This document shows, piece by piece, positions 11,849 to 24,026 of a DNA stretch of 64,000 nt (positions within the stretch are counted from its first letter, which is position 1; the number at the start of each line of letters is the position of its first letter). The notes below the pieces were generated by a model, which saw only the letters and a list, made by a program, of their open reading frames with translations, did not search any database and had not been told where the DNA came from. Location of the stretch: assembly GCA_026936335.1 (NCBI GenBank), contig JAPMXV010000055.1, positions 186,001 to 250,000 on the forward strand, written 5' to 3'. The translations under genes were made by a program, and so were the position numbers. The stretch comes from Mantamonas sphyraenae STR306. Its lineage: Eukaryota > Protista > CRuMs.

Positions 11849-13428
11849 ATGGCCGAGGCAACGCCGTTGAGGATTCGGCCAATGGACGACGTGGAGCGGA
11901 TGGAAGCGCCCGAGGCCAAACGACAGCGAGTGCGTGCGGATGGATGGGGCGTGGAGCCATCGTCACATAGCCAGCTGTCACAGGAGGAAGCTGGGAGCAT
12001 GTGTCGGGTGGTGGGCACCTCGTTGCCAAGCCAGATGACTCAGGAGGAGGCAGAGGCATTGTTTGGCGCCGTCGGGGCTGTGACTCAGGTCCAGTTGCAC
12101 AGGGAGGGCGTGAGTGCGGACGATCCTTATGCGGTGGTGACATATGCCAACGCGGAAGATGCGCTGGCCGCCCTTGCCCTCCTTCACGGCCAGCTGGTGC
12201 AAGCATGGTGAGTGCCACGGCAGTGTGTCAATTGCCATGTGCGTCGTTTGCATGCCATGGTTGCCATGTGTCGCCTCCTGATTAGTGTGGCAGAGTGACT
12301 GTCGCTGACACCGCGCCTCTCTCACACAGCATGCTGAGTGTGCAGCGACCCTGTTCAGTGCCCTTCCAGGCGGCCGAAGAGGCGGCCAGAACATGGCAGG
12401 GGGCCTCGGTGACGCTGCGACAACAGGTGATGGCGGCTGTGCGCAGGTTGAATGGACAGGAGGAGGAGGAGGAGGAGGAGGAGGCCGTGGTGGAGGAGGG
12501 CGGGCAAGAAGGCGGAGCGAGCAGCGGGCCGAGCGCACGCGTGTTTGTGGGCAATGTGCCGGTGGACATTGGGAGCATGGATCTGCAGCGTGTGTTTGAG
12601 CCGTTTGGGACGATCCACACATGCACGCTGGTGGGCGAACGCAAGGATGCACAGGGCAACGTGGTGGGGCCACACCAGGGCCACGGCACGCTGGTCTTTG
12701 AAAGCCACGACAGCGCCGCCTTGGCCGTGAGTGCCATGGACGGATTCGACTTTAACGGAACCACACTGCAGGTGCGCATTGTGCCCGAGCAGCAATCGCA
12801 GACAAACAACACACAGCAACAGCTGCAACAGCAGCAGTTGGCAGGCGCTGGAAGCGCAACTCAACAGGGCAATTCGCTGCAGAACGCGGCGATGGTGGCA
12901 GCACAACTGAATGCACAGTTGGGGGCAGGTGTGGGTGCTGGTGGCATACACGGAAGAGGTGCAGGAGGAGGAGGAGGAGGCATGGGGCAGCAACAGCAGC
13001 AGCAGCAGCAACACACATTGAGCTCGGAAGAAAATCTGACGATCAGGGGCTCCTCCCAGCGCATGGCCATCATGCAGAAGTTGGCACGAGGCGATCCAGA
13101 CTTGCGTGCGTCCAGGTGTGTGTTGCTGGCAAACATGGTGACGCCCGAAGGCGTGGACGATTCCCTGGAGAAGGAGATTGTGGACGAGTGCTCCCGCTTT
13201 GGATTTGTCGAGGATGTGGTCATCTACGAGGAGGAGGTGTCGTCGCAGAACAGCCAAGTCAAGATATTCGTGCTCTTCAAGGACAGTGGCGCTGCCACGC
13301 AGTGTCTGCAAACCATGCATGGACGCTGGTTCGACGGCAGACAAATCCACGCCGTCCTGTATCCCGAGGAACGGTTCCGCGAGGGAAAATATAGTGGTTG
13401 GTTGATGCTCTATTTGTCAAATAAGTGA
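11849..13428 (+). CDS. PUF60: PUF60-like splicing factor (RRM-RRM-UHM); intron ~12208-12329
   Basis: Two RRMs (MCRVVGTSLP...; RVFVGNVP...HGTLVF...MDGFDFNG). The PUF60-typical linker IRGSSQRMAIMQKL leads into the UHM VLLANMVTPEGVDDSLEKEIVDECSRFG..VVIYEE..VKIFVLF..MHGRWFDGRQI..YPEERF. Confidence 0.82.
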
Positions 13429-13460
13429 TCATTATGTACACGTTTGGGACTCTGTCTGTC

Positions 13461-15080
13461 TCAGAATCCGTAGAGGCCTTCCTGGAGCAGAGCGTTGCGT
13501 ACCATGGCACGCATGTTCTCCGGGCTGGGGATGCTGTCGCGTGCACGTCCCATGTTTGCGTTGTAGCCGTCGTTGACGGCAAACATGCGCGTGTTGAACA
13601 CGGGACGCCACTCGCCCGGGGAGGTGGTGGTGGTGGAGAATGCCGCCGAAGAAGGCGACACATCCCACACCGAGGACGTGGTGGACGACGTGGACGTGTT
13701 GACACTGCTTGCAGGGCTTCCAGTGTCCATCGTATCCACCATCTCCTGTTGCTGCTTGGTGTGGCTCTCCGACACCAGCGCAGACAAGGCAAGGGCCTTG
13801 GCACTGGCTCGCTCCATCCGCGTCAAACGACGCGTTGAGCTGCTGTCCACATCCTTGCTACTGCGACTGCTTCCTGAGGACGAAGTGGACGAAGACGATG
13901 TGGCCCCAGCCTCCTCCTCTTCCTCCTCCTCCTCCGCTTCATCGCCGTCGTTATCGCTGCCCGATCGTCCCTTCCTGCTGCTCCTCCTGCCCCTTCCGTT
14001 GCGGCTCTTGCTGCGTTTCTGCTTCTTGCCACCCTTGCGCTTCTTCCGGTCGCCTCGTTTGCTGCTGCTGCTGCGTGGCAACTCCACGTCGTCGTCTCCG
14101 TCTCCTCCGTCCGTGGTGGCCTGGGCGTCGTTGTCCTCCTCCTCCACGGGACTCCCTCTGCCGCTGCTGCCGCGGCTGCTGGAACTGTTGCCTGGCTGTA
14201 CAGTGGCCTGTTCCAACAGGGAGGCGCCTCGCAGAAAGTAGCGCTGCTCGCCCACGTACGAGATGTACGCCAGCAGCTGGTCCATGAGCGTTTCGATCTT
14301 GGACACGCTTGTCTTGGAGTCGGACACTTGGATGAGATGGTCGCCCAACTCACCCAACATGGCTTCGACCACGTCCCCCTTGCGTTTGATCGTCAACTCG
14401 TCGCTGAAGCCCTCGGGTACGGGCTGCAGCACAGACTCGATGCCCAGTGCGTCAAAGCACATGGCCAGCGTGCGGTTGCTCGTGCACGACATGCGCATCT
14501 GTGTCAACAGATGAGGCGACAGGAAGCGTCGCGACGTCATCAAAAAGCGCGAGATGCGCTCCTGCAGCACTGCATCTCCGTAAAATTCCCACGCTTCAAA
14601 CATCGACCCCTCGGAGCGGAAGGCCGAGCCCAGCAAAGTGTCACCCGACGACGACGCAGACGGGGAGGAGGAGGAAGCGCCTGATGAGCCCGACGACGAG
14701 GGCGAGGACGAGTGGCTCGACGATGTTCCAACGTGGTTGTAGTCGTCGTCCGGAAGCCACGGGTTGAGCGATGCAGTCAGCAGCTTCAGCTCTTTCAGCT
14801 CCTTCACCTTGGCCAGAATGTCCCCTTCGCATCGCTCGAGGTGCACCCGGTTGATTTCCAGGACGCGTCGTGTTCGTGCGGCCTTGACTGCTGCCGACAC
14901 CGGTGCCTTTCCACGGCGTCGCCCTTTCCGGGAATCGTGCTGTGCTGCCGAGCGGCCGCCCGGCGAATTCGTGCCCCGTCGGCGCCCATAGTACTCCTGT
15001 GTGTTTGACTGTGTCTCTTTGTGTGTGCTGGACAGCCCATCAGAAGGCTGTCCTATTCCTTGATTGCTCGAAGTTTGCAT
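13461..15080 (-). CDS. Stand-alone ribonuclease III domain protein, no dsRBD recognisable
   Basis: RNase III signature variant FEAWEFYGDAVL, then SNRTLA and KRKGDVVEAMLGEL (DxxE). Flanks are basic, acidic and Ser-rich low-complexity sequence. Single 539-aa ORF. Confidence 0.85.
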   Translation of the reverse strand: MQTSSNQGIGQPSDGLSSTHKETQSNTQEYYGRRRGTNSPGGRSAAQHDSRKGRRRGKAPVSAAVKAARTRRVLEINRVHLERCEGDILAKVKELKELKLLTASLNPWLPDDDYNHVGTSSSHSSSPSSSGSSGASSSSPSASSSGDTLLGSAFRSEGSMFEAWEFYGDAVLQERISRFLMTSRRFLSPHLLTQMRMSCTSNRTLAMCFDALGIESVLQPVPEGFSDELTIKRKGDVVEAMLGELGDHLIQVSDSKTSVSKIETLMDQLLAYISYVGEQRYFLRGASLLEQATVQPGNSSSSRGSSGRGSPVEEEDNDAQATTDGGDGDDDVELPRSSSSKRGDRKKRKGGKKQKRSKSRNGRGRRSSRKGRSGSDNDGDEAEEEEEEEEAGATSSSSTSSSGSSRSSKDVDSSSTRRLTRMERASAKALALSALVSESHTKQQQEMVDTMDTGSPASSVNTSTSSTTSSVWDVSPSSAAFSTTTTSPGEWRPVFNTRMFAVNDGYNANMGRARDSIPSPENMRAMVRNALLQEGLYGF

Positions 15081-15306
15081 CTCGTCGACGAGATTTCGTT
15101 CGCGTTTGCGCCTGCTTCAGTTTTCGGTGGGTGCGCGGGAGCGCATCGTCACCCACCCTACTTCTTCTGAAGGACGACCCCATCCTCATTGGTGACACAC
15201 AGTGTGTTCTTGAGGTGCAAGCAGAGTGCCACTGTCTCGTGCACTGCTGCCGACCCATCATCATCATCGTCGCGTGGCATGGGCCAACAAAAACACACGT
15301 GATCCA

Positions 15307-18300
15307 ATGTCCTCAGACGAGGTGACATCATCGTCGGAAAGCACAGTGTATGGGTCGTCCAAGATCTCAGCCACGGTGGGCACCATGGACAAGCCACACC
15401 TGTCGGGCAGTTCCATCACGGCCGGGGTCAGTGGTTCGGCACTGTTGGGTGCCTCTGCCAGGCCGTCGCCGGCCAAGGGCCAGTTGCAGGGGACGACCGC
15501 GGAGGACATGAATGAACTGATGAATGCGTTTGCAGACGTGACGTTCAGCAAGGAACAGCGGGCCATGGAGGGGGAGCTGGAAGCAGAAATCACAAAGTGT
15601 TCGCGGCTGCTGGAGACGCGGGAAACGCACATGGCCATCATGGCTCAAAAGGCAAGCAATCATGGACACGTGAGCAGCAACACAAACATCATGGAAATGG
15701 TGGAGGACACGTCGTTGGGCCTGTCCTCCTCCACTCTCAAGCTCAAGGGCGTGCTGGACTATCGTCAGGAACGGCGGCAACTGCTCAAGGAGCTCTCCTC
15801 GCTGCCGTCCCCGCAGCCATTCCAGAGTCTGGGAGACCTGGTGGTCAATGAGGTACGTGGCAATTCCTGGGGGGGTGGGGGGTTTGGGCACCCAAGGATT
15901 CGACGATGCATGTCCCATCTGCGTGGTGGGGCGGGGCTGCGGTTTGAAAAACGCGCCAAACGGCAACCTGGCACGGTGGCCACTGACACAGGCAATTGGG
16001 CATGCGCACACTCACACGACCATGACCACGTGGAACACAATCACACAGGTGACGCTGGAGTCGGACAATTGGTCGAATCCGATGTACATATCTGCGACAC
16101 TGCTGGCGTTCTTTCGCAGCCAACGGACGGCGATGCTGCACAAGCTGTTCCGGTACCTGACGCGATGGAACACACACTGCACGTCGTCGCAGAGCATGAA
16201 GATGCTGCGCAAGGTGCTGGAGGGCCACCTGAACAAGACAAAGCTGGAGTATGAGGATGCATGCGTGCGTGTGCGACGCATCGAAGACAAGGCCTCGAAG
16301 CACGCGGCTGCACGCACACCCTTCCAGTACCCTCCCATCAACGTGGTGCACCCTCGGGACGCACGCATCTACCTGCGCCATTTGATTCAGCAGCACAAGT
16401 GTGCGCGGCATGTGAAGAAGCTGTTGACCAAGGTGCAGTGGTTGCCGCAGTCGCACCGGCACGACTTGTACGTGCGCACAAAGAAGATGCTGCGTGCCAA
16501 CATGGAGCAGGCGGCATACATGGCCGAAAGTGGCCAGTTGTTGCCATTTCTCACCGACGATCTGGAGCGCGTGCACGAGAGTCTGGAGCCGTATGCGCGG
16601 GAGTATGCGTTGGACATCGATCAGGCGGATCGGTCGCGCCACGAGTTTTCGTACGAGGTCAAGGCCAAGTTCAACGCCAACTTTGACGCACAGGTGGAGG
16701 AGAACTTTGTGGTGGAGTACGATGCCAACCCATTGACGGGCACAGGCACATCGGAGGACAAGCAGAGTGCGTTTGTCGTGCGCAAGCCGAATGAGAGCGC
16801 ACAAGCACGCAAAACAGGCAAGGGCAAGGCCAAGAGTTCGCTGGTGAGGGACCACGCCCAAGAGGAGGAGGAGACAGGCGAGGGTGAGGAGGATGGAGCA
16901 GCAGCAGCAGCAGCAGCAAGCATTGGGGGACAAGGAACAACAGTTGAAAACGGGAAAGGACATGTTCAAGGAGCACCACTACATGGTGGACAACGACACG
17001 CGGCTGGATCAGGTGTACCTGAAGCCCAGCACGTGGCTGGGTTTCCGCACTCTGGCGCCGTCCAAGGACGTGGAGCTGGAGACGCGCATGATGCAACTGG
17101 CCAAACTGAAAAAGGTGGACGACGGCCTGCGCGTGGAGGCGTCGTTCATCGACAGCGACAACAAGCCGTACGTGTTGAAACGGCTGCAGGATCTGTGCAC
17201 GTCGCACCTGTCGCGTGCAAACATCCAACGCAAATGGGTGCGCGGCATGACGGCGTCCAAGATGCTGAATCTCAAGGGGGCGCTGGCTGACGCGTCGCTG
17301 CAGGGCCTCAGTGCAAACGTGGCCAACAACGCCGCCGACGCAGAGGACTTGGAGGCGCTGAAGCGGACACTGGGTCTGGAGAAGAGTGTGACACAGGCAG
17401 AGAAGGATGCGCGGCCCAAGCTGTTGGCCTGGTACTACCTGAGGCACCTTGTGCTGCGCAAGTACAGGCACGATCTGATCCGCCTGCTCAACACCATGCG
17501 TGCGGTGGAGCGTCGGATCACGCTGGAGCTGCACGTCGTGGACAGTTTGGCCGAGGAGCCCGGGTACAACGAAAGCCAGGGCAGTAGCGGCGGCAGCATG
17601 GAGAGCGAACGACCGTACGAGGCACATGTGGACCCGACAGTGTACGGATTGACGGCACGGCAGGTGGCCCACCTGAGCGAAATGGAAAAGGCGGCGGATG
17701 CGTTGACAAGCGAAAAGTATGGGGTCAAGGACGCGCTGGGGCTGCATGTGGTGTATGATGTGGTGATTGAGGACTACGAGGCGCTGAAGTGGGAACTGCT
17801 GCAGGTGGGCTCGCATTTCATCCAGAAGGACCGCGTGGTGGACTCGAGCAGCTTCATGGTGACGGACCGGATTGCGCTGATGGAGGACCTTCTGGAGCGG
17901 GAGATGTACTTTCAAGAGGCGAAGCGGAAACTGATCCAGTGCTACGTGGACATCCTGGACAATGTGGTGGACACGCACGCCATGCGCAAGGTGGCCCAGA
18001 GGATCACGGATCTGATTGCGATGCGGCCGCGCATCGACCTGGAGGCAGACTACTTTTCGGACAGCTACGCGTCGGAGATTGCGTGTCTGGAGCTGGAGAC
18101 GTCGCTGATGCGCAGTGTGATCGACGCACAGCTTGAGACGGAGCGGCGGTCGGTGAACGACGTGTACTACAGCAAGTACATGGGTCCGTCGGAACACGAC
18201 CAACAGGGCTTCCCGGACAGGGTGGAACAGGTGAAAGCCATCCGCGTGACGCCAGACTCGAGTGTGCAGGACGTGTTTGAGCTTGCGCCGTCGCTGGTAC

Positions 18301-20011
18301 ACGTGCTCTCGCTGCCAGACATCATTGACTATGTGCACACGACGCTGCGCGAGCTGCACAAGCCCACGTCTGTGGAGGCAGTGCTTGTGTTGCGCCGCAC
18401 CATTCTGCAGCAGGCGTTGGTGGAATGGCGGCTGCTGGAACAAGAGGAGCGCGTGGCCGCCCTGTCCATGGCCGAATCGTCGTCCACCGCAAGCGGTATG
18501 GACAGTGCCACGGAAAGCGGCAGCGAAAGCGGACACGGCAGCAGCGGCAAGGCGTCGCACCACAGGCAACAGGGCGGGACGTTGCGACCGTCAGAGTCTG
18601 CAGCCTCGTCGTCGTCGTCGTCGTCATCATCCTCCTCGTCCACGTCGGCTAATCACACACAGCTGATTGACCACATCACGAGTGTGGAGCTGCTGGCCAA
18701 GGATGTGACGATGCAGCTGCAGGGGTCGCGTCAGAGGCATGCGGCAGCGGCGGCGAGGTGTCGTCGATGATGCAAGGGACGGCGTACGACGTGGAGGAAC
18801 AGATGCGCAGGATGGGCCGTTCGGTGCCGTCGCTGGCGATGCTGGGCACGCAGCATAGCTTGCGTACACACCTGCTGCGTTTCAGTGCCGTCATGGGACA
18901 ATTGCGGTCGCAGGTACAGTGGACGGCGCATCCGCTGGATCGCAAGTCGGCGGCGTACAGCAGCCTGCAGGCAGGCGCAGAGGCAGAGGACGACGATGCG
19001 ATGGAAGGGGTCGATGGGGAAGAGGACGGCGCTGTGGTGTTGCGTGTGCTGCTGCGCACCATCCGGCTGATTGACCACCGTGCCAAGATGTTGGATGCTC
19101 TTTACGAAACCGACGTGTTGTCGACCATCTACTACGCGCAGGCGCGTGTGGCCAACAAGCGCACGCAGCTGAACATGGAAATCGGGTCGTTCACTCATTT
19201 TGTGGGCCAGGAGAATCCGGAGGCGGTGGCGTTGGACGACGCATGGAACGAGCTGAGCAATCGCCGCCTGGCCATTTCCGAGTTTGAGGCGTCGCTGGCG
19301 TCCTTCGACTTCAACTCGGTGGCCGGCGTGAAGCATCTGCTGAAGCCGAGTGGCATTTCGATGTTGAAAAAGGCAATGCGAGTGCAGCAGGTGGAGAAGA
19401 ACCTGATCATGGCGGGCGTGTATGTGAACCAGATGATGGTGGATCCGCTTATGCGCACCAAGCTGTTCATCGAGGACGTGGAAGCCACGGGCTACGAAAC
19501 GTTCATCACATTGTTTCCGTTTGAGGACTTTGCGCAGTTGACGTCGGGTGCACTGAGCACGAACCGCAAGGCACGGCTGGACGCTTTGCAGCGCATCCGT
19601 CGCACGCAGCTCAAGTTTCTGCAGGAGCACTTTTTCTCTGTGATGGACACAAGGCTCGGGTGCGCAAGAGTGTCCTGAACCACTACCAGGAGCACAGTGT
19701 GGGCATCCTGCAACGATCGAGCGAGGTGTCGCGTCGTCTACTGGACCTGAAGCTGCACTGTGTGGACATGTACACGAGCGACGTGCTGGACGTCGTGCGA
19801 CGGGAGCTGTTGCGCGTGCAAGCGGAGCACGCATACAAGCAGATCCGGCACAAGATGGCCATGGTGCCAGACACGGGCGTGGACGAACGCATTTTTCTCA
19901 TGGACCACGATGAGTTTGAGGCGTATGCTGCCGCCAGTATACAGGTGGACAAGATGGGCCAGTTGGTGGGCGGCGTGGGCGACCTTGGCAGCGGATCGGG
20001 AGAGGCAGGGG

Positions 20012-20045
<34 letters not shown>

Positions 20046-23000
20046 AACGTCTTCAGAAAAGACACTGGGTGCATCTGTGATGGACCGGGGTGCGGCCGAG
20101 GTGGAGGTGCGCAGTGTGCTGACGTCGGACGGAGGGAGTGTGATGAATGCGTTCTACGTGCCGATGGCACACACGCTGGTGGGCAGCACGCCCGGGGATT
20201 CGATGGCGTCGCAGACGCGTGCGATGGGCTACCTGGCAACGATGTCGTTTGCGCTGAGCGAACTGCTGACGCTTGCGATTCTGAACGTGAAGCTGTCGCA
20301 CGCGGTGGTGGACGTGCGCGGGTCGAACCTGGCCCTGCGCGACGTGCCGCTGGAGTTTGCCAAGCTGAAGGCGGAACTGAAGAATCTGAACAACACGAGC
20401 AACCCACAGGAGATGTGTGAATACCTGCTGGAGAAGCGTGTGCTGATGTTTCGCAAGACGGTGTTGGTGCTGCACGAGCTGTGGCGTCAGCTGATGGACG
20501 ACGGCAGCGCGCAGGCGGCGGTGGTGCATGCAGAGATCCGGGATCTGCTGCGTGGCCAGCAGTACGAGAACGTGCACATGGTGGACATGGCGGTGGCAGA
20601 TGTGCGCGACCCGGTGGGGTTGTTTGCCAATCTGCACGCGTTGCGTCAGACGGGCCCGTTTGCAGGTGCGTTGCCGCTGCGCAACTACGACAACCAACTG
20701 AGCATGTGCCTGTCGCAACTCAACCAGGCGAATCTGAACTATGTGCACACGCACATGATGTCGCTGGACTTGAACGTCGACGATCTGTTTGCGGCGCACG
20801 TGGTGTACCCGAGCAGCCAGCCACACGACGCCATGGACCTCGAGCGTGCCCTGGTGGACAACATCCTGGTGAGTCGCCACCTGACCCAGTTGTACCTGTG
20901 TGCACGGCTGGGCGAGCGGAACCTTGCCGATCCCGAGGTGTATGCGCGTGCGCGTGCGCTGTACCGTGGCGTGATTTGGATGCCGACGGTGGAACGGCTG
21001 TGGAACGACGAGGTGATTCCCACCGCAGACATGGAAACGCTCAAAGGCGAGGGCAACCTGCGCGACCCCGAGTTCCAGAGCGACAAGGTGATGCAGTTGC
21101 CGTGGCGTCTGCGCGAAGAGGCTCTGCTGAACTCGGTCACGCGACAGCTGGACCTTTTGCTCATGCAGAGGAGCATCGAGTCGCTGGAGCAGTTCCGCGC
21201 GCGGCTGGTGGACGAGATGCACTTTGACTACGAGACGGCGACGGGCAAGGAGAGGAGCGGGAGCAGTGTGGGCCAGATTGGCGTGGATGCGTACCTGGAC
21301 AAGGTGGCGTTCCTGCAACGGTTTGCAGAGGAGCTGCTGGAGCGTGCCGTGGAGACGCGTGGCGAGTCGGGCCAGCGCATGTACATGTTGGATGAGGAGC
21401 ACGTGAGTGGGGCGCTGCAAATGCTGTCCAGCGACCTGTACGAGTACGGCGAGGGCCGGCTGCGTGTGGAGAGGCAGCAGCACGGGGCAGAGGTGGCAGA
21501 GCTGCAGCGACGTCTGTACGTGGCGGAGCAGACGCAGGCGCACTACGCACGGCAGCTGGCAAAGCAAAAGGAGCAGGAGGGGGTGCGAGTGGAGGTGGAA
21601 GTGGCGGACCGTGGCCTGCAGCTGATCTTTGAGGTGCATCGGATGAACCGGGAGCTGTTTCACATGAAGAAGGAGATGGAGCGGCAGGAGCGTGTGGTGC
21701 GTGAAAAGGTGCGTGCTGAGTACGAGGACCTTGTGCGGGAGCTGAACTCGCAGCTGGTGAGCATGAAGGCGAACTTTACGGAGTATCGCAACGAACTGCA
21801 CGAGGAGATGCTGCTCAAGGTGTTCAAGAGCAAGCAGGAGGCGTTGAAAAAGCTTGTGGAACAACCGTTTGTGCCGATTGAGCTGAAGAGAGGCCTGATG
21901 AAGACGAAGCGTGCGGACGAGGAGATCCAAAACCTGAAGCAGAGCAACGGGGAGCTGCAACGAGTGATTCTGAAGCTGCGCACGTTTATGCGGCTGAAGG
22001 ACATCGGGCTGCGACGATGGCACGAGAAGCAGGTGTCACAGCTGACGAGCAGCAGGGACAAGACGGAGGAGCAGCTGTGGGGCCAGCGGGAAATGCACTC
22101 GGCCAAGGAGAAGCTGCTGCGTTCGCAACTGGCAACGGCGATGCACGCGCTGGCAAACGCAGAGCGGGAGGTGGAGAGCCTGCGACGGGAGGTGGGCATG
22201 CAGCAGTTCAAGAAGAAGCAGCTTGTGCGAACCAAGGTGAAGCAATCGACGGAATTGATGGAGCTGGAGACAAAGATTGCCAAGTTTGAAAAGTACCAGC
22301 ATGTGAACGTGGACCGGATGCTGGGAGACCTGCAGAAGAAGGACGCGGAGATCAGCAAGCTGCGTTCACAGGCCAACTCGCTGCGGAGCATCCTGGAGGG
22401 TCGCAGCACGTCGTCGCTGTCGCGTCCGATGACGGCAGGGTCTGCACGGAGCATGGAAAACACACAGAAGCGATTGGAGCGGGCGCTGTCGCACGAACGG
22501 CGGATCAAAATGGAGGCGTTTGCGAAGCTGGACGAGCTGCGTGACCAGATCAGTGCATGGGAGATGCGCGATCAGGAGGTGGACGCGGAGTTTGGGTCGC
22601 ATGCGGTGATGTGGCAGCGCAACTACGACGAGATCAACAACCACCTACAGCTGGTGCTTCACGAGAACGAACTGCTACGCAAGACGGTGCACGAGCTGGG
22701 CGTGGAGGATCCTACGGAGGGCGGATTTGGAGCAGGAAGCAGCAGTGGAGGAGGCGGGTTGGAGACTGCGTTTGGGCTTGCGTACGCACCTCCCAGGCCC
22801 GGGAGTGTGGCGTCGGATAGTGGTGTGTACCGTCGTGGAGGCGGGAGTGCGGGAGGGAGCGGAAGTGGAGGTGGGAGGAAGATGCGGATTAGCAGTGCGC
22901 GATCGAGCGGAGGTGGGAGACGTGGTGGAGGGATTGGAAGTGGGAGCGGCAGTGGGATGGGCAGGACGCCAAGGAGGATTGATCAGAGGCCTGTGAGGCC

Positions 23001-23217
23001 GATGAGTGCGCCAGGCGGAGGGGGCGGAGGTGGAGGTGGAGGAGGTGGAGGTGGTGGTGGTGGGAGAAAGGGAAGCAGTAGCAGCCGGTTGGCGCGAGGC
23101 AAGGGAGTGACGAGGCCAATGAGTGGGAGGAGCAGCGCAAGTAGCAGTGGGGGTGGGAGGAAGAGTGTGGGCAAGGCCAAACTTGTGTTTGATCCGCTGG
23201 GCACGAGTGGCTGGTGA
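15307..23217 (+). CDS. Giant coiled-coil protein, CCDC162/DUF4549-like (~2,570 aa); intron 15853-16048; three apparent frameshifts (~16925-16957, 18722-18725, 19631-19635)
   Basis: Five consecutive + strand ORFs join through one GT-AG intron and single-base slips. The N-terminal region (DYRQERRQLL...RYLTRWNTHC..LEYEDACVRVRRI..VVHPRDARIYLRHLI..VQWLP) and the C-terminal region (ADRGLQLIFEV..VREKVRAEYEDLV..FTEYR) resemble CCDC162 as I recall it; no search was run. Confidence 0.65.
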
Positions 23218-24026
23218 GCAGGTGGGACGAGATGAATGCATTTCCAACACACAGATCCGCGTCTATTGGAGTTGTCAAGAGAGGCAGAAGGATCCCATAG
23301 GATGCCCTGCCAACAAGAGCGGGAAAATGTGGTCGCGTGCGTCGAACCATCTCGATCCGACAAATTGACAAACGACAACTTTTTGACATGCGACATGCAT
23401 GGCTCTGTTCCCAGGGTCAGCTGGGGGGTGAAGGCGGGCGACGTGCTGAGGATCAGCGCAAGTGGGTGTCGGTGGGGCTGGCGAATTCTCAGCAGCCTGC
23501 ACAAGTTCACGTGAGCTTTCTTCTCTTCTTCCCTCCCCACTCGAGCCGGATCGTCCCATTCATCTCTCGCTGTGCAGCTATGCACGAAGCCCACAGACGG
23601 AATGTTGGGACAGCTCCTGGGTGACGTGGAAAGTGAAGACGGAGACGCAAGGGATGAAAGTTGGCAGTGTGGAGGCGTTGCAACGACAAGTACGGCTAGA
23701 GACGGTCAATGCCACGTGCACGTACCGCCTTTCGCGTTGGGAACATGTGCAAACAAGCACAAACAACCGCTTGGATCGATACGATTGCCGACGGGTCGCA
23801 CGATGCATGTGGTGCCCGCTTGAGATTGTTTGGCACCTGAAGAGTGGCATGCAGTACACGGCTTCCACGGCACAATACTGTGTCCCAACTTGTGTGCGAG
23901 GATCAAAAGAACCATAAAACACCTTGAGACACCCAACATCGATGCATTCCATTTACACGGTGGAGAAAGACGAAGTGTGGCGATTTTGCCTTTTTCGCCC
24001 CGAACCGTCCATTCTTTCTCGACATC

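Noticed and set aside
15307-23217. Pseudogene call for the frameshifted genes
   Set aside because: There are no in-frame nonsense codons or decay over kilobases. The breaks are single-base events at or near homopolymers, which fits sequencing error better.
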